64,000 nucleotides of DNA from Candidatus Eiseniibacteriota bacterium (lineage in GTDB: Bacteria; Eisenbacteria; RBG-16-71-46; JABDJR01). The position numbers and the translations under genes are program-made. The stretch's first letter is position 1, and each line of letters opens with the position of its first letter. The notes below the pieces were generated by a model. That model was not told the origin of the DNA. It was given only the letters and a program-made list of their open reading frames with translations, and searched no databases. The DNA lies in assembly GCA_963783375.1 (NCBI GenBank), contig CAWANH010000028.1, positions 1,408,001 to 1,472,000 on the forward strand, given 5' to 3'. This document shows, piece by piece, positions 54,482 through 64,000 of the stretch.

Positions 54482-55894
54482 CTATCCCCGCTCGATCCCC
54501 AGCCGCCGCATCTTCCGGTGGAGGTTGGCCCGGTCCACCCCCAGGGTGCGCGCGGCCTGGCTCACGTTCCATCCCGCCTTGACCAGCTCCGCCTCCAGGA
54601 TCTCCTTCTCCGCCGCTTCGAGGAGCCGCTTCAGGAGCCCCTCGTCGGAGTCGCCCCCGGCGGCGTCCAGCTCCAGGCTCACGTTCATCGTCGCGGACTC
54701 GGGGCTCTCGCCGAGGAGGCTCGCGACCTCGGCCGGTCCGACTTCGTTTCCCGGGGTCATGATCACCAGCCGCTCCACCAGGTTCCGGAGCTCGCGCACG
54801 TTCCCCGGCCAGCCGTAGCGGCCGAGAATGTCCATGGCCCGGTCGGTCAAGGTGAGGTCCGGCCTCCCGTACTCGGCGCGGAAGTAGTCGAGGTAGTGCT
54901 CCACCAGGAGCGGCACGTCCGCGGCGCGCTCGCGAAGGGGCGGCACCCGGATGGGAATCACGTTCAGCCGGTAGAAGAGGTCCTGGCGGAAGCGGGTCTC
55001 GGCCACCTCGAGGTTCAGGTCCTTGTTGGTGGCGGCGATGATCCGCGCGTCGAAGGAGAGGATCCGGGTCCCTCCCACCCGCTCGAACTCGTTCGACTCC
55101 ATGGCGCGCAGGAGCTTGGCCTGGGCCTCCAGGTTCATGTCGCCGATCTCGTCCAGGAAGAGGGTGCCGCCGTGGGCCAGCTCCAGCTTTCCCCGCTTGA
55201 GCGCCGAGGCCCCGGTGAACGCCCCCTTCTCGTGCCCGAAGAGCTCGCTCTCCACCAGGTCGCGGGGGATGGCCGCGCAGTTGAGCCGCACGAAGGGGCC
55301 GTCGTTCCGGGGGGAGAGATCGTGGATGGCCCGGGCCACCAGCTCCTTCCCCACGCCGTTCTCGCCCAGGATCAGCACCTTGGCCGGCGTCGGAGCGGCC
55401 CGGCGGACCGCGGCCCGGAGCGCCTCCATGACCCCGCTCTCGCCCACCATCTGGTGGAGCCCGCTCCGCTCCTCCCGCATGGCGCGGTTCTGCCGCTGGA
55501 GGGAGGTCATCTGGAGTGCGCGCTCCACGGTGATGGCCAGCCGCTCCGGGGTGAACCCCTTCTCCAGGAAATCGAAGGCGCCGAGGCGCACCGCCTCCAG
55601 AGCCAGCTCGATGGTGCCGTGGCCGCTCATCATGATGACCGGGTGCTCCTGGGGGACCTCGGGCCGGCGCTTGAGGAACGCCACCCCCTCCTCGCCGGGC
55701 ATCCGCACGTCGAGGAGCAGCAGATCCACCGTCCCGCCCTCCCGGGCCAGGACCTTCTCCAACCCGGCCACGTCCTGGGCCTCCAGGACCCGGTAGCCCT
55801 CCTCGCCCAGGTACTCGACCAGGGATTTCCGGACCCGGGCCTCGTCGTCCACCACCAGGATCGTGCGTTTCGGTTCGGCCGCCTCGCTCATCAT
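54482..55894 (-). CDS. Sigma-54-dependent response regulator (NtrX/NtrC family)
   Basis: REC domain, GENGVGKE, GAFTGA, WPGNVREL, Fis HTH. Confidence 0.95.
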   Translation of the reverse strand: MMSEAAEPKRTILVVDDEARVRKSLVEYLGEEGYRVLEAQDVAGLEKVLAREGGTVDLLLLDVRMPGEEGVAFLKRRPEVPQEHPVIMMSGHGTIELALEAVRLGAFDFLEKGFTPERLAITVERALQMTSLQRQNRAMREERSGLHQMVGESGVMEALRAAVRRAAPTPAKVLILGENGVGKELVARAIHDLSPRNDGPFVRLNCAAIPRDLVESELFGHEKGAFTGASALKRGKLELAHGGTLFLDEIGDMNLEAQAKLLRAMESNEFERVGGTRILSFDARIIAATNKDLNLEVAETRFRQDLFYRLNVIPIRVPPLRERAADVPLLVEHYLDYFRAEYGRPDLTLTDRAMDILGRYGWPGNVRELRNLVERLVIMTPGNEVGPAEVASLLGESPESATMNVSLELDAAGGDSDEGLLKRLLEAAEKEILEAELVKAGWNVSQAARTLGVDRANLHRKMRRLGIERG

Positions 55895-57447
55895 GCCTCC
55901 GTTCGTCGGTCCCCGCCGCCCGGGCCGCCGGCTTCGAGAGGAAGGGTGAGGACCACCCGGGCCCCGCCGCCGGGCCGGTCCTCCAGCTCCACCGAGCCCC
56001 CGTGAAGGAGCATGGTCCGCTGAACCAGGCTCAAGCCGAGCCCGGTCCCCTGACTCTTGGTGGTGAAGTAGGGCTCCAGCACCTGGTCCCGCGCCTCTCC
56101 GGGCCATCCCGGCCCGTCGTCCTCGACGGTGATACGGGCCAGGGTACCCTCGCTCTCCAACTTGATCCAGACGTGACCTTCGGGGCCGACCGCGTCCGAG
56201 GCGTTCCGGATGACGTTGGCCAGGGCCTGTCGGAGGAGCGTCCGGTCGCCGTCCACCTGCACCGGGGCCTCGGGGGGCGACCAGGAGAGCTTCAGATCGT
56301 CGTCGTCCGCCCCCGCGACCGCGGCGTCCACCACCTCCCCCAGATCCATGCGGGCGAACTCGGGGACGGGGAGCCGGGCCAGCTCGCTGAACGAGCCGGC
56401 CAGCCGCTGGAGCCCTTCCATCTCCTCCATGATCGTGACCACCGCGCCCCGCATCCTCTCCCGCTCGCCCTCCGGAACCAGGGTCTCGGCCCGCTTCAGC
56501 TTGTGGAGGGAGAAGGTGATGGGGGTGAGGGCGTTCTTCATCTCGTGGGCCATGCGGCGGGCCACCTCGCGCCAGGCGGCCAGCCGCTCGGCCCGGGCCA
56601 GCTCCCGGCGCGACCGCGAGAGCTCGCCGCTCATCGCGTTGAAGGTCTCGATCAGGTGCTCGACCTCCGCGCTTCCTTCGGGGGACACGCGGACCTGGTC
56701 CTCGCCCCGGGCGACCCGCTCCATGCCGCGACCGAGGTTCACCACCGGCCGGCTGACCCGGTCGGCCAGGCGGCGGGCGATCCACACCGAGCCCAGCCCG
56801 AGCCCCACCACCACCAGCCCCAGGGCCAAGAGCACCGCCTTCTGGTTCACCCGCTTCAGGACCGCGACCTGGCGGTAGTAGGCGACGCCGCGGGAGAGAT
56901 CGTCGAGGCGCTGGTAGAAATCCGGCTCCAGGTAGATCCCGGCCACCAGGATCCACTCGGTGGACCCGGGCTCCCCGGCGTAGCCCACGTAGGCCAGGAG
57001 CCCCCGCTCGCTGTCCTCGACGAAGGGATCGGTGAAATCGGCCAGGCGGGTCACGTCGGGGATCGGCCCCGGCCCGGTGAGGAGAGGATCGCGGGTGAAC
57101 TCGCTCAGGAGCTTCCCGTCGGTGCTGTAAAGCTGAACCACGTCGAGGTTGTAGGCCCCGGCCAGGCGCTGGCGGACCCGTTCGGGATCGATCGGGGACT
57201 CCAGCGCGGGATCGGCGGCCAGGAGCTGGCCGCGCTGGCGGAGGTCGTTCTTGGTTCGGGCCATGAGGTCGCGGGCCACCTCGAGGCTCCCCTCCAGCGC
57301 CCGCTGGACCCCCGGGTTTTCCCAGCGCTCGAGCGCGGCCAGAAGCCGGTGGGTGGCGAAGCCGGTCAGCACCAGGGACGGCGCCAGGGTGAGCACCAGG
57401 AAGAGAAGGGTGAGCTGGCCCTTGAGGGTGCGCGGCGCGAAGGGCAT
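55891..57447 (-). CDS. HAMP sensor histidine kinase (NtrY-like)
   Basis: Two TM, HAMP, AWREVARRMAHEMKN, DDGPG, GTGLGL. Confidence 0.92.
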   Translation of the reverse strand: MPFAPRTLKGQLTLLFLVLTLAPSLVLTGFATHRLLAALERWENPGVQRALEGSLEVARDLMARTKNDLRQRGQLLAADPALESPIDPERVRQRLAGAYNLDVVQLYSTDGKLLSEFTRDPLLTGPGPIPDVTRLADFTDPFVEDSERGLLAYVGYAGEPGSTEWILVAGIYLEPDFYQRLDDLSRGVAYYRQVAVLKRVNQKAVLLALGLVVVGLGLGSVWIARRLADRVSRPVVNLGRGMERVARGEDQVRVSPEGSAEVEHLIETFNAMSGELSRSRRELARAERLAAWREVARRMAHEMKNALTPITFSLHKLKRAETLVPEGERERMRGAVVTIMEEMEGLQRLAGSFSELARLPVPEFARMDLGEVVDAAVAGADDDDLKLSWSPPEAPVQVDGDRTLLRQALANVIRNASDAVGPEGHVWIKLESEGTLARITVEDDGPGWPGEARDQVLEPYFTTKSQGTGLGLSLVQRTMLLHGGSVELEDRPGGGARVVLTLPLEAGGPGGGDRRTEA

Positions 57448-57454
57448 GGCCGGG

Positions 57455-58561
57455 TCAGGCCTCCCCGAAGAGGCGGTCGACGGCGCCGGGTTCCGCGGGG
57501 GAGACCCGGGTCAACCGGAGGTTCTCCGTGACGTGGTCGGGATCGCTCATCCCCACCAGCGCGGTGGTCACCCCGGGAATCGAGCGCGCGAACTGAAGGG
57601 AGCGAAGGGCGTCGGTGGGGAGTTCGGGAAAGGCGTCCGCCACCGCGCCGGGGAGATCGCGGGCGAGCCGGGCCTGGAGCAGGCTCGCGCTCGCGGCCAC
57701 GTTCATCCCCAGGACGCGGGCGGCCTCGAGGAGGGTGGCGCCGTCCCCCTGGTTCCGCGTGAGAAGGGCCTCGGTCAGCGCGAGGTTCACCGGGAGCTGG
57801 ATCCAGCGGAAATGGTGGCCGGAACCGGCGACCTCTTCGGCCACCTCGGCCAGGGCGGGAAGGTCGAGGTGGTCCGGAGCCTCGGGGGGGCGGCGGAAAC
57901 CGTTCCAGGTGGCCAGGCCGTACTCCCGGATCCGCCCCGCCGCCACCGCCAGTTCCAGGAAGGCGAAGGCCTCGCGGATGCGATCGAGGAACTCCTCGGT
58001 CCCCACCACCGGCCGCTGGGTCTCGGGGTTGTGCAGGTAGTAGACGTCCACGCAGTCCACGCCCAGGTTCCGGAGACTCGTCTCGAGCTGGTTCATGAGG
58101 TAGGGCGGAGCGAGGCAGTGGGAGAGCTGGACGAAGTCGTCGAGGCTCGCGATCCCCGGGGTGACGAAGGTATCCTGGATGTAGCGGACCAGATCCTCGC
58201 GAGAGGCGGGGGGGCCGCCGTCGAAGGGAACGTAGCCGCCCTTGGTGGAGAGGACGATCTCGTCGCGCCCGAACCCTTCGGCGGAGAGCGCGGCCAGCGC
58301 CGCCCCCACGCTCCGCTCCGAGCGCTGGAAGCGGTAGTTGACCGCGGTGTCGATGACGTTCAGTCCGCCCCGGACCGCGGCGGCCACGGTCCCGGCATAG
58401 GCCCGGTCGGTGGCCTCGTCCGCCTCCCCCAGGTAGGTCCCGATCCCGAAGCTGGCCAGGGTCAGCTCCCCGGCCCGGCGGAAGTGGCCCTCTGCGGCCT
58501 CGGAATGCCGTGTGGCGTAGCGGATTGTGCCTTCGGTGGTGGCGTGGCCGGAGATCGGCAT
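57455..58561 (-). CDS. Aldo/keto reductase
   Basis: GIGTYLG, DTAVNYR, STKGGY, YYLHNPE. Confidence 0.88.
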   Translation of the reverse strand: MPISGHATTEGTIRYATRHSEAAEGHFRRAGELTLASFGIGTYLGEADEATDRAYAGTVAAAVRGGLNVIDTAVNYRFQRSERSVGAALAALSAEGFGRDEIVLSTKGGYVPFDGGPPASREDLVRYIQDTFVTPGIASLDDFVQLSHCLAPPYLMNQLETSLRNLGVDCVDVYYLHNPETQRPVVGTEEFLDRIREAFAFLELAVAAGRIREYGLATWNGFRRPPEAPDHLDLPALAEVAEEVAGSGHHFRWIQLPVNLALTEALLTRNQGDGATLLEAARVLGMNVAASASLLQARLARDLPGAVADAFPELPTDALRSLQFARSIPGVTTALVGMSDPDHVTENLRLTRVSPAEPGAVDRLFGEA

Positions 58562-58865
58562 GGTTCGGCTCCCGGTGGTTCGGTGACGCCCGGCTTCGGG
58601 GGACATTGAACCCCATGGGGGGCGCGGGGTCCAGGGTCGGCAATGTCACCCCGCCGGTTCGGCGCCGTACTTCCTCACCGAGGGACCGGAAATCCGCGCG
58701 GCCCGGCGATCCGGAAACGCCGACCCTGCGTGAACCGGGGGCCGACTTGCGCGAAACGCCTCCCGGTCCCTATCATTGACCGATTCTATCCGGTTTGTCC
58801 GTCCGTCTCCGGGGCATGTCACCCTGCGGGACGGGTGGTGACCGTACCCCCAGGAGGTTCTGATC

Positions 58866-59303
58866 ATGAAACGTTTGCTGAGCGTGTTCGCGCTCTCTGC
58901 GGTGCTTGCCGTATCGCTCTCCTTCGCCGCCCTCGCCCAGGAAGGCAGCGGCATGGGCATGAAGAAGGGCGAGGAGGGCATGAAGAAGGACGCCCCCAAG
59001 ACCATGACCGTGACCGGCGAGATCGTGGACATGGGCTGCTACATGGGCCACGGCGCCAGGGGCGAGGGCCACAAGGAGTGCGCGCTCAAGTGCATCGCCA
59101 ACGGCATGCCCATGGGGCTCCTCACCTCGGACGGCACCCTCTACGTGCTCACCATGAGCCACTCGGACGCCGATCCCTTCAACAACGCCAAGAAGATGGC
59201 TGCGGACATGGTGGAGATCACCGGTCCGGTGTCCGCGCGGAACGGGGTCAAGTCCATCGAGGTGGACAAGATCGCCGAGGCCAAGACCGACAAGGGCGAA
59301 TAG
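58866..59303 (+). CDS. Secreted Met-rich small protein with CY..H...H..CA..C motif
   Basis: Signal peptide; DMGCYMGHGARGEGHKECALKC. Confidence 0.75.
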   Translation: MKRLLSVFALSAVLAVSLSFAALAQEGSGMGMKKGEEGMKKDAPKTMTVTGEIVDMGCYMGHGARGEGHKECALKCIANGMPMGLLTSDGTLYVLTMSHSDADPFNNAKKMAADMVEITGPVSARNGVKSIEVDKIAEAKTDKGE

Positions 59304-59455
59304 CCCGCCGCTCCGTCGACGGACGGCTTGCCGGAAACCGTGTCCGGCCGGCAAGCGGGAACCCGGGGGCTCTCTTGAGCCTCCGGGTTTCTTCATCACG
59401 TCGCTGGATGGCGTAACCTCGGCCTGACCCCGATCCCCCTCGCGAGGAGCCGTTC

Positions 59456-60277
59456 ATGAATCGAAGCCGCATCCTGATCCCGGCCGCCGTCGTCAGCATC
59501 CTGGCTATCGGCGTGGCGGCGGGGTGGAAGATCGTCACCCGGCCCCACCTCCCTCCGGCGGAGCAAGGGAGACGGCTGGCCGAGAACCTGGGCTGCTTCG
59601 GCTGCCACGGCCCGGAGGGGCTCCACGGCGCCGCCAACCCCGGCCGGACCGATGAAACCGTGCCCGGGTTCGGCGGGGTGGTCATGATGTACGCCCACGG
59701 CCCGGAGGAGATCCGGGAGTGGATCGCGAACGGGGTCAGAAACTCCGAGGCGGGAAGCGCGAACTGGAAAGCGCAGCGCGCCAAGGGAGCCCTGGTGATG
59801 CCGGCCTTCGGGGACCGGCTCTCCCCCCGGGAGATCGACCAGCTGGTGTCGTTCGTCATGGCCGCCACCGGCTGGCCCCAGCCCCAGGATCCGGATGCCG
59901 CGCACGGCCTGGAGCGGGCCCGGGATCTGGGATGCACCGGTTGCCACGGCTCGGGCGGGCGCTTCGCCCGACCCAACCCGGGATCGCTCAAGGGCTACGT
60001 CCCGTCCTGGGACGGCGCCGACTTCGCCGACGTGGTTCACGATCGCGCGGAGTTCGGGGAATGGGTGGAACGGGGGGTGAGCCGCCGCTTCGAGCGGAAT
60101 CCTCTGGCCCGGTGGTTCCTGGGTCGCGCGGTGCTCAGGATGCCCGCCTACGGCCGCCACCTGAAGCCGGGCGACGTGGACGCGCTCTGGGCCTACGTCC
60201 GGTGGCTCAACACCGACGCGGCGAAGCTCCCCGGCTACGGAGCGGCAGACCTGGATTCCGAGTACGATTTCGAATAG
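59456..60277 (+). CDS. Diheme c-type cytochrome
   Basis: CFGCH and CTGCH, each followed by MPA(F/Y); N-terminal anchor. Confidence 0.88.
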   Translation: MNRSRILIPAAVVSILAIGVAAGWKIVTRPHLPPAEQGRRLAENLGCFGCHGPEGLHGAANPGRTDETVPGFGGVVMMYAHGPEEIREWIANGVRNSEAGSANWKAQRAKGALVMPAFGDRLSPREIDQLVSFVMAATGWPQPQDPDAAHGLERARDLGCTGCHGSGGRFARPNPGSLKGYVPSWDGADFADVVHDRAEFGEWVERGVSRRFERNPLARWFLGRAVLRMPAYGRHLKPGDVDALWAYVRWLNTDAAKLPGYGAADLDSEYDFE

Positions 60278-60329
60278 ACGGGCTCATCCCGAGCGCTCGG
60301 ATGTCGAATTCGAATAGCCGGCATCGTCC

Positions 60330-61409
60330 TCAGCGTTCGGATTTGGCCGCCTGGCGGGCCGCCGGCTTCCCCTTCACCTGCTCGTAGCCGAGCTGGCCGC
60401 AGGCGGCCAGGATGTCGAGCCCCTTCGAGTACCGCACGGTCACCGTGGTCCGGTAGGGCCAGAGCCGGCGGGCGAAGGCGTCGACCGCCTCCGCGTCGGG
60501 GCGCTCGTAGGGGAAGAACTCCGAGGGGTTGAACGGGATGACGTTGACCTTGGAGGGGAACCGTTCGGCGATCCGGCCCAGCCGGTCGGCGTCGGCGGGG
60601 GTGTCGTTGAGCCCCCGGATCAGCACGTACTCCAGGGTCACCCGGCGGCCCGAGAGCGCGGCGTAGGCCTCCAGCGCCCCCAGGACCGACTCGATGGAAT
60701 ACTTGCGAGTCACCGGCATGAGGATTTCTCGCACCTCGTCGGTGGTGGCGTTCAGGCTCAGGGCCAACCCCACCGAGAGGTTCTCCGCGGTCAGGCGGCG
60801 GATCCCCGGGGTGACGCCGACGGTGGAGACGGTGATCCGCCGGCCGGACACGTTCAGCCCCAGCTCATCCTGGAGGATCCCGATGGCCTTGAGGAGCGCG
60901 TCCAGGTTGTCCATGGGCTCGCCCATCCCCATGGCCACCAGATTGACCCCCAGGTTGGGTTCGCGGCGGAGGAGCTTCAGGTGCTGGATCTGGGCCACGA
61001 TCTCTCCGGCGGTGAGGTTCCGGATGCGGCCCATCTTCCCGGTGATGCAGAACGAGCAGCGGAACGCGCACCCCACCTGGGTGCTGAAGCAGATGGTCTC
61101 GCCGTAATCGGCCTGCATGAGGACGCTCTCGATCTCCCGGCCGTCGGATAGCGTCCAGAGGAACTTGACCGCGCCGTCCTCCGGGCTCTCCAGCTTCTCG
61201 CGGAGAGTGAGCGCCTGGAGATCGATCGCCCCGGCCAGCTCCGCCCGGAGCGCCTTGGGGAGATCGGTCATGGCGTTGAAATCGAGGATCCCCCGCTGAT
61301 AGACGTTGAGGAAGAGCTGGCGGGCGCGGTAGCGGGGGTGTTCCCGCTCCTCGAACCAGGCCTCGAGCTCGGGCCGGGTGAAATCGTAGAAGTTCGTTCG
61401 AGCGTCCAT
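60330..61409 (-). CDS. rlmN: 23S rRNA m2A2503 methyltransferase RlmN
   Basis: STQVGCAFRCSFC, MGMGEP, EYVLI, AACGQL. Confidence 0.95.
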   Translation of the reverse strand: MDARTNFYDFTRPELEAWFEEREHPRYRARQLFLNVYQRGILDFNAMTDLPKALRAELAGAIDLQALTLREKLESPEDGAVKFLWTLSDGREIESVLMQADYGETICFSTQVGCAFRCSFCITGKMGRIRNLTAGEIVAQIQHLKLLRREPNLGVNLVAMGMGEPMDNLDALLKAIGILQDELGLNVSGRRITVSTVGVTPGIRRLTAENLSVGLALSLNATTDEVREILMPVTRKYSIESVLGALEAYAALSGRRVTLEYVLIRGLNDTPADADRLGRIAERFPSKVNVIPFNPSEFFPYERPDAEAVDAFARRLWPYRTTVTVRYSKGLDILAACGQLGYEQVKGKPAARQAAKSER

Positions 61410-61550
61410 GGTCCTCATTCTACTTCGTGGGCGGGGTCGGCCGTCCGGTTCGACACCGTCCCCGGGCGACACGGGACGAGAGAGCTTACCATCCCGGTCC
61501 CCCCCACGACGCGGGAAGCGAAAAGGGGCTGTTCATCCGGGGCGCCCTGC

Positions 61551-61588
61551 TGTATGAATCTTCACATATATTCACATGCGTGTATTCA
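61551..61588 (+). promoter_or_regulatory. AT-rich ArsR-type operator region
   Basis: TATGAATCTTCACATATATTCACAT upstream of the ArsR gene. Confidence 0.5.
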
Positions 61589-61605
61589 AAGGATCGGAGG
61601 GGACC

Positions 61606-61974
61606 ATGGATCGGGACCGCCTGCTCGCCCAGCTCAAAGCTCTCGGAGAGGTTGGCCGCCTCGAGATGGCGATCACCCTGGCCGGGGGAGAGTACGGGGT
61701 ATCCGAGCTCCTCGAGATCCTCGGCGTGACCCAGCCCAACCTGTCCCGGCAGGTCAAGGTCCTCCGCGAGGCCGGGGTAGTGGTCGAGCGCCGGGAGGGT
61801 CGCAATGTGTTTTACCGGTTGGGGGACAATGAGTTGACCGGCACGGTGGTGGAGTTGGCGGCCCGGAGTACGCCCGCCGAGGCCTCGGAGAGGGCGGGCG
61901 GTGGGCGCCGGGACGACCGGTGCGCCGGGGCCCTCAGTCGCCGGCAAATCACATACATAAATCTGCATATATAG
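61606..61974 (+). CDS. ArsR/SmtB family regulator
   Basis: LKALGEVGRL, TQPNLSRQVKVLREAGVV..RREGRNVFYRL. Confidence 0.88.
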   Translation: MDRDRLLAQLKALGEVGRLEMAITLAGGEYGVSELLEILGVTQPNLSRQVKVLREAGVVVERREGRNVFYRLGDNELTGTVVELAARSTPAEASERAGGGRRDDRCAGALSRRQITYINLHI

Positions 61975-62378
61975 CCCCGGAGGACTCGGATGAGTCCAGC
62001 GCGGACGACGATGAGGGGCCCCGACGGAGCGACATCGAGGAGTGGCTCCTCTGATCCGGAGGGACCGGCTCTCCGGGCTCCCGGATCGTCTCCCCCGGCG
62101 TCTGGTCCCAAGGGTCGCAAAAAAAATTTATGATCCCGGTTCCGTCTCTTTCTGACCGGGGAAGGTTCCGATATACTGACCACCGGAGGGAGGCGCGAGG
62201 AGGGTCAGGCTCTCCCCGCAAATCCCGACTGAAAAGCTCTAGTTAGGACGGTCCTCTTCCGGTGGAGGGACCTCCGTCCCTGGTTCGATTGCGAAACAAG
62301 CCAGCGTCCCGATCCGTCTTCGACTGGTGTCCCCCCCGGAGACGGTTTCTGGTCGACTGTCCTAGGGAGCTCGTCGTC

Positions 62379-62756
62379 ATGACCTCCAAGCGTTTGGGCA
62401 TCGTGGTCGTCGCCCTGGCCGCAGTGTGGAGCCTGGCGGGGCTCAACTGGTTCGCACCTGCTGCCAGTTATGCACCTCGCTCATTCCTCACGGTTGGCAC
62501 GGCCCAAGCAGGGCTCGCGGACTTCACGCATGGAACCCAGTACACAACGAACACGATGGAGGGGGACCCGGATCAGTACGCCAACGGCGCACAGGGGGAC
62601 CCCGATCAGTACGCCGGCACCGCCGGCCAGGATTCGACCCAGAGCCAGACGAGCGACAGCGGCTCGAGCGGCTCCTCGCATACCGGGTCGTGGATCCAGC
62701 AGATCACCAGCATGGCTTCGTGGATGTACGGTGCGTTGACTGGGTTTCGGTATTAG
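62379..62756 (+). CDS. Small secreted protein with tandem GDPDQYA motif
   Basis: Signal-like N-terminus; EGDPDQYANGAQGDPDQYAG; Ser/Gly linker; amphipathic tail. Confidence 0.75.
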   Translation: MTSKRLGIVVVALAAVWSLAGLNWFAPAASYAPRSFLTVGTAQAGLADFTHGTQYTTNTMEGDPDQYANGAQGDPDQYAGTAGQDSTQSQTSDSGSSGSSHTGSWIQQITSMASWMYGALTGFRY

Positions 62757-62772
62757 TTTCTCAAGTGAGGGG

Positions 62773-62796
62773 GGCCGGTATCGCGGGATACCGGCC
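62773..62796 (+). terminator. Hairpin between the peptide gene and the TPR gene
   Basis: GGCCGGTATC-GCGG-GATACCGGCC, no U-tract. Confidence 0.55.
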
Positions 62797-62816
62797 ACCG
62801 ATCGAGGACGTACGTC

Positions 62817-64000
62817 GTGAACCGTTCGAGTAAGGCAGAGCGGCGCCCCGAGGGTGTCCCGAAGGCGCTCGAGCCCGACACGTGGCAGGATATGCCTGAG
62901 GCCGTCAAGTACGGCGACGTCTGCTACCAGGCGGAGCGCTACGCCGACGCCCTCGATGCCTATGCCGGGGCCTTGAAGACCGAGGGTCGCCGCCTTCCCG
63001 CCGAATTGCGCGCCCGCCTCCACTATCGGATGGCCGAGTGCTATCTCCGCCGTTCCAACTACATCCAGGGCCTCGATCAGCTCGACCGCGCTCGCGCGGT
63101 CCTTCCCCGCCATCTCGACAAGGTCCGCCTGGCCAAGATCTACGCCCGCCGCGGTCAGATCATCATGGAGATGGGGCAATATTCCCGGGCCGAGCGATAC
63201 CTGAGCTGGGCCAAGAAGCTCCTCTCGGGGACCAACGAGCACGAGGAGCTGGGGGCGATCGAGATTCACCTCGGCACCGTTCACGCCCGCCTGGGAAACT
63301 CCGGCGAGGCGCGCCAGTGCTTCCTCAATGCCCTGGCCACCTACCGCCGCATCGGCGACGGCAGCGGCGAGGCGAAGTCCTTGAACAACCTGGGACTCCA
63401 GTACAAGAACGCCTGTGAGTGGCGGGAGGCGGTCCGGTACCTGGAAGAGGCGCGCACCCTCTTCGAGCGCATCGGTCACCGCCAGCACCTCGTGACCACC
63501 CATCTGAATCTGGGGATCGTCCACCTGAAGCTCGGAAAGTGGGAGCTTTGCGAGGAGAACCTGGCCGCCGCCGAGCACATCGCGCGCGAGCTGGGAAGCC
63601 TCCAGCCCCTGGTCCGCATTCAGCTCGCCCAGGGAAACCTCATGCTTCGCCGCCGGCGCTGGGACGAGGCGCGGGAACTCTACGACGAGGCCCGGCGGGT
63701 CTCCGAGGCCCAGGGCTACGGTCGCGAAGCCATCCTCGCCCAGGAATTCACCGGCGAGATGCTCCTGGAGATGGGGGAGATCGAACGATCCTCCGAGTTC
63801 CTCGAATCCTGCCTCGCCGAAGCCCGGGAACTCGCCCCCGACGGCGACCTGGTGAACGAGATCCTCCGCCGCCTGGCCGAGACCCGTCTCGCCCAGGGAC
63901 GGGCCGAGGAAGCCCTGACCTTCGCGAAGGAGTCCGCGGCCTCGGCGAGCCGGATCGGCGATCGCTACGAGGAAGCGGTCGCGCTTCGGGTTGTGGGGCT
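62817..64000 (+). CDS. Multi-TPR protein, runs off the window end
   Basis: Manual translation from GTG at 62817: ARLHYRMAECY, AKSLNNLGLQYK, HLNLGIVHLKLG; open to the end. Confidence 0.85.
   Translation, partial: MNRSSKAERRPEGVPKALEPDTWQDMPEAVKYGDVCYQAERYADALDAYAGALKTEGRRLPAELRARLHYRMAECYLRRSNYIQGLDQLDRARAVLPRHLDKVRLAKIYARRGQIIMEMGQYSRAERYLSWAKKLLSGTNEHEELGAIEIHLGTVHARLGNSGEARQCFLNALATYRRIGDGSGEAKSLNNLGLQYKNACEWREAVRYLEEARTLFERIGHRQHLVTTHLNLGIVHLKLGKWELCEENLAAAEHIARELGSLQPLVRIQLAQGNLMLRRRRWDEARELYDEARRVSEAQGYGREAILAQEFTGEMLLEMGEIERSSEFLESCLAEARELAPDGDLVNEILRRLAETRLAQGRAEEALTFAKESAASASRIGDRYEEAVALRVVG

Noticed and set aside
60330-61409. Second radical SAM as a RiPP maturase
   Set aside because: Motifs identify housekeeping RlmN

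Overview
High-GC bacterial chromosome segment. FlgD-Ig/T9SS-like C-terminal domains, a PEP-CTERM protein and a 'TWxxIKxxY' tail suggest an FCB-related candidate lineage such as Eisenbacteria or Latescibacteria; this is inference only. Housekeeping and accessory genes at both ends (DEAD-box helicase, CDF transporter, ettA, FNR, Met gamma-lyase, eno, ftsB-like, NtrY/X-like pair, rlmN) flank a mosaic island at about 24-40.5 kb next to tRNA-fMet. The island holds a serine-recombinase remnant carrying a 14-bp copy of the tRNA 3' end, an AbiEi/AbiEii TA pair, an orphan terminase small subunit, a decayed IS3, an IS1380 scrap and a convergent pair of paralogous small DNA-binding proteins. The best candidate for a new system is a co-oriented five-gene cluster at 34.0-39.9 kb: exported TPR-CHAT protease, 67-aa peptide ending WPPILPNYKC, short radical SAM enzyme, ECF sigma factor, membrane anti-sigma. 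Other candidates are a secreted GDPDQYA-repeat peptide in front of a TPR protein (62.4-64 kb) and a PA2779-like Gly-Gly substrate next to a C39 peptidase-TPR-beta-barrel fusion (21.6-24.1 kb). Several frameshifts lie in or near G/C runs and are probably sequencing errors. All calls come from reading motifs by eye; no searches were run.
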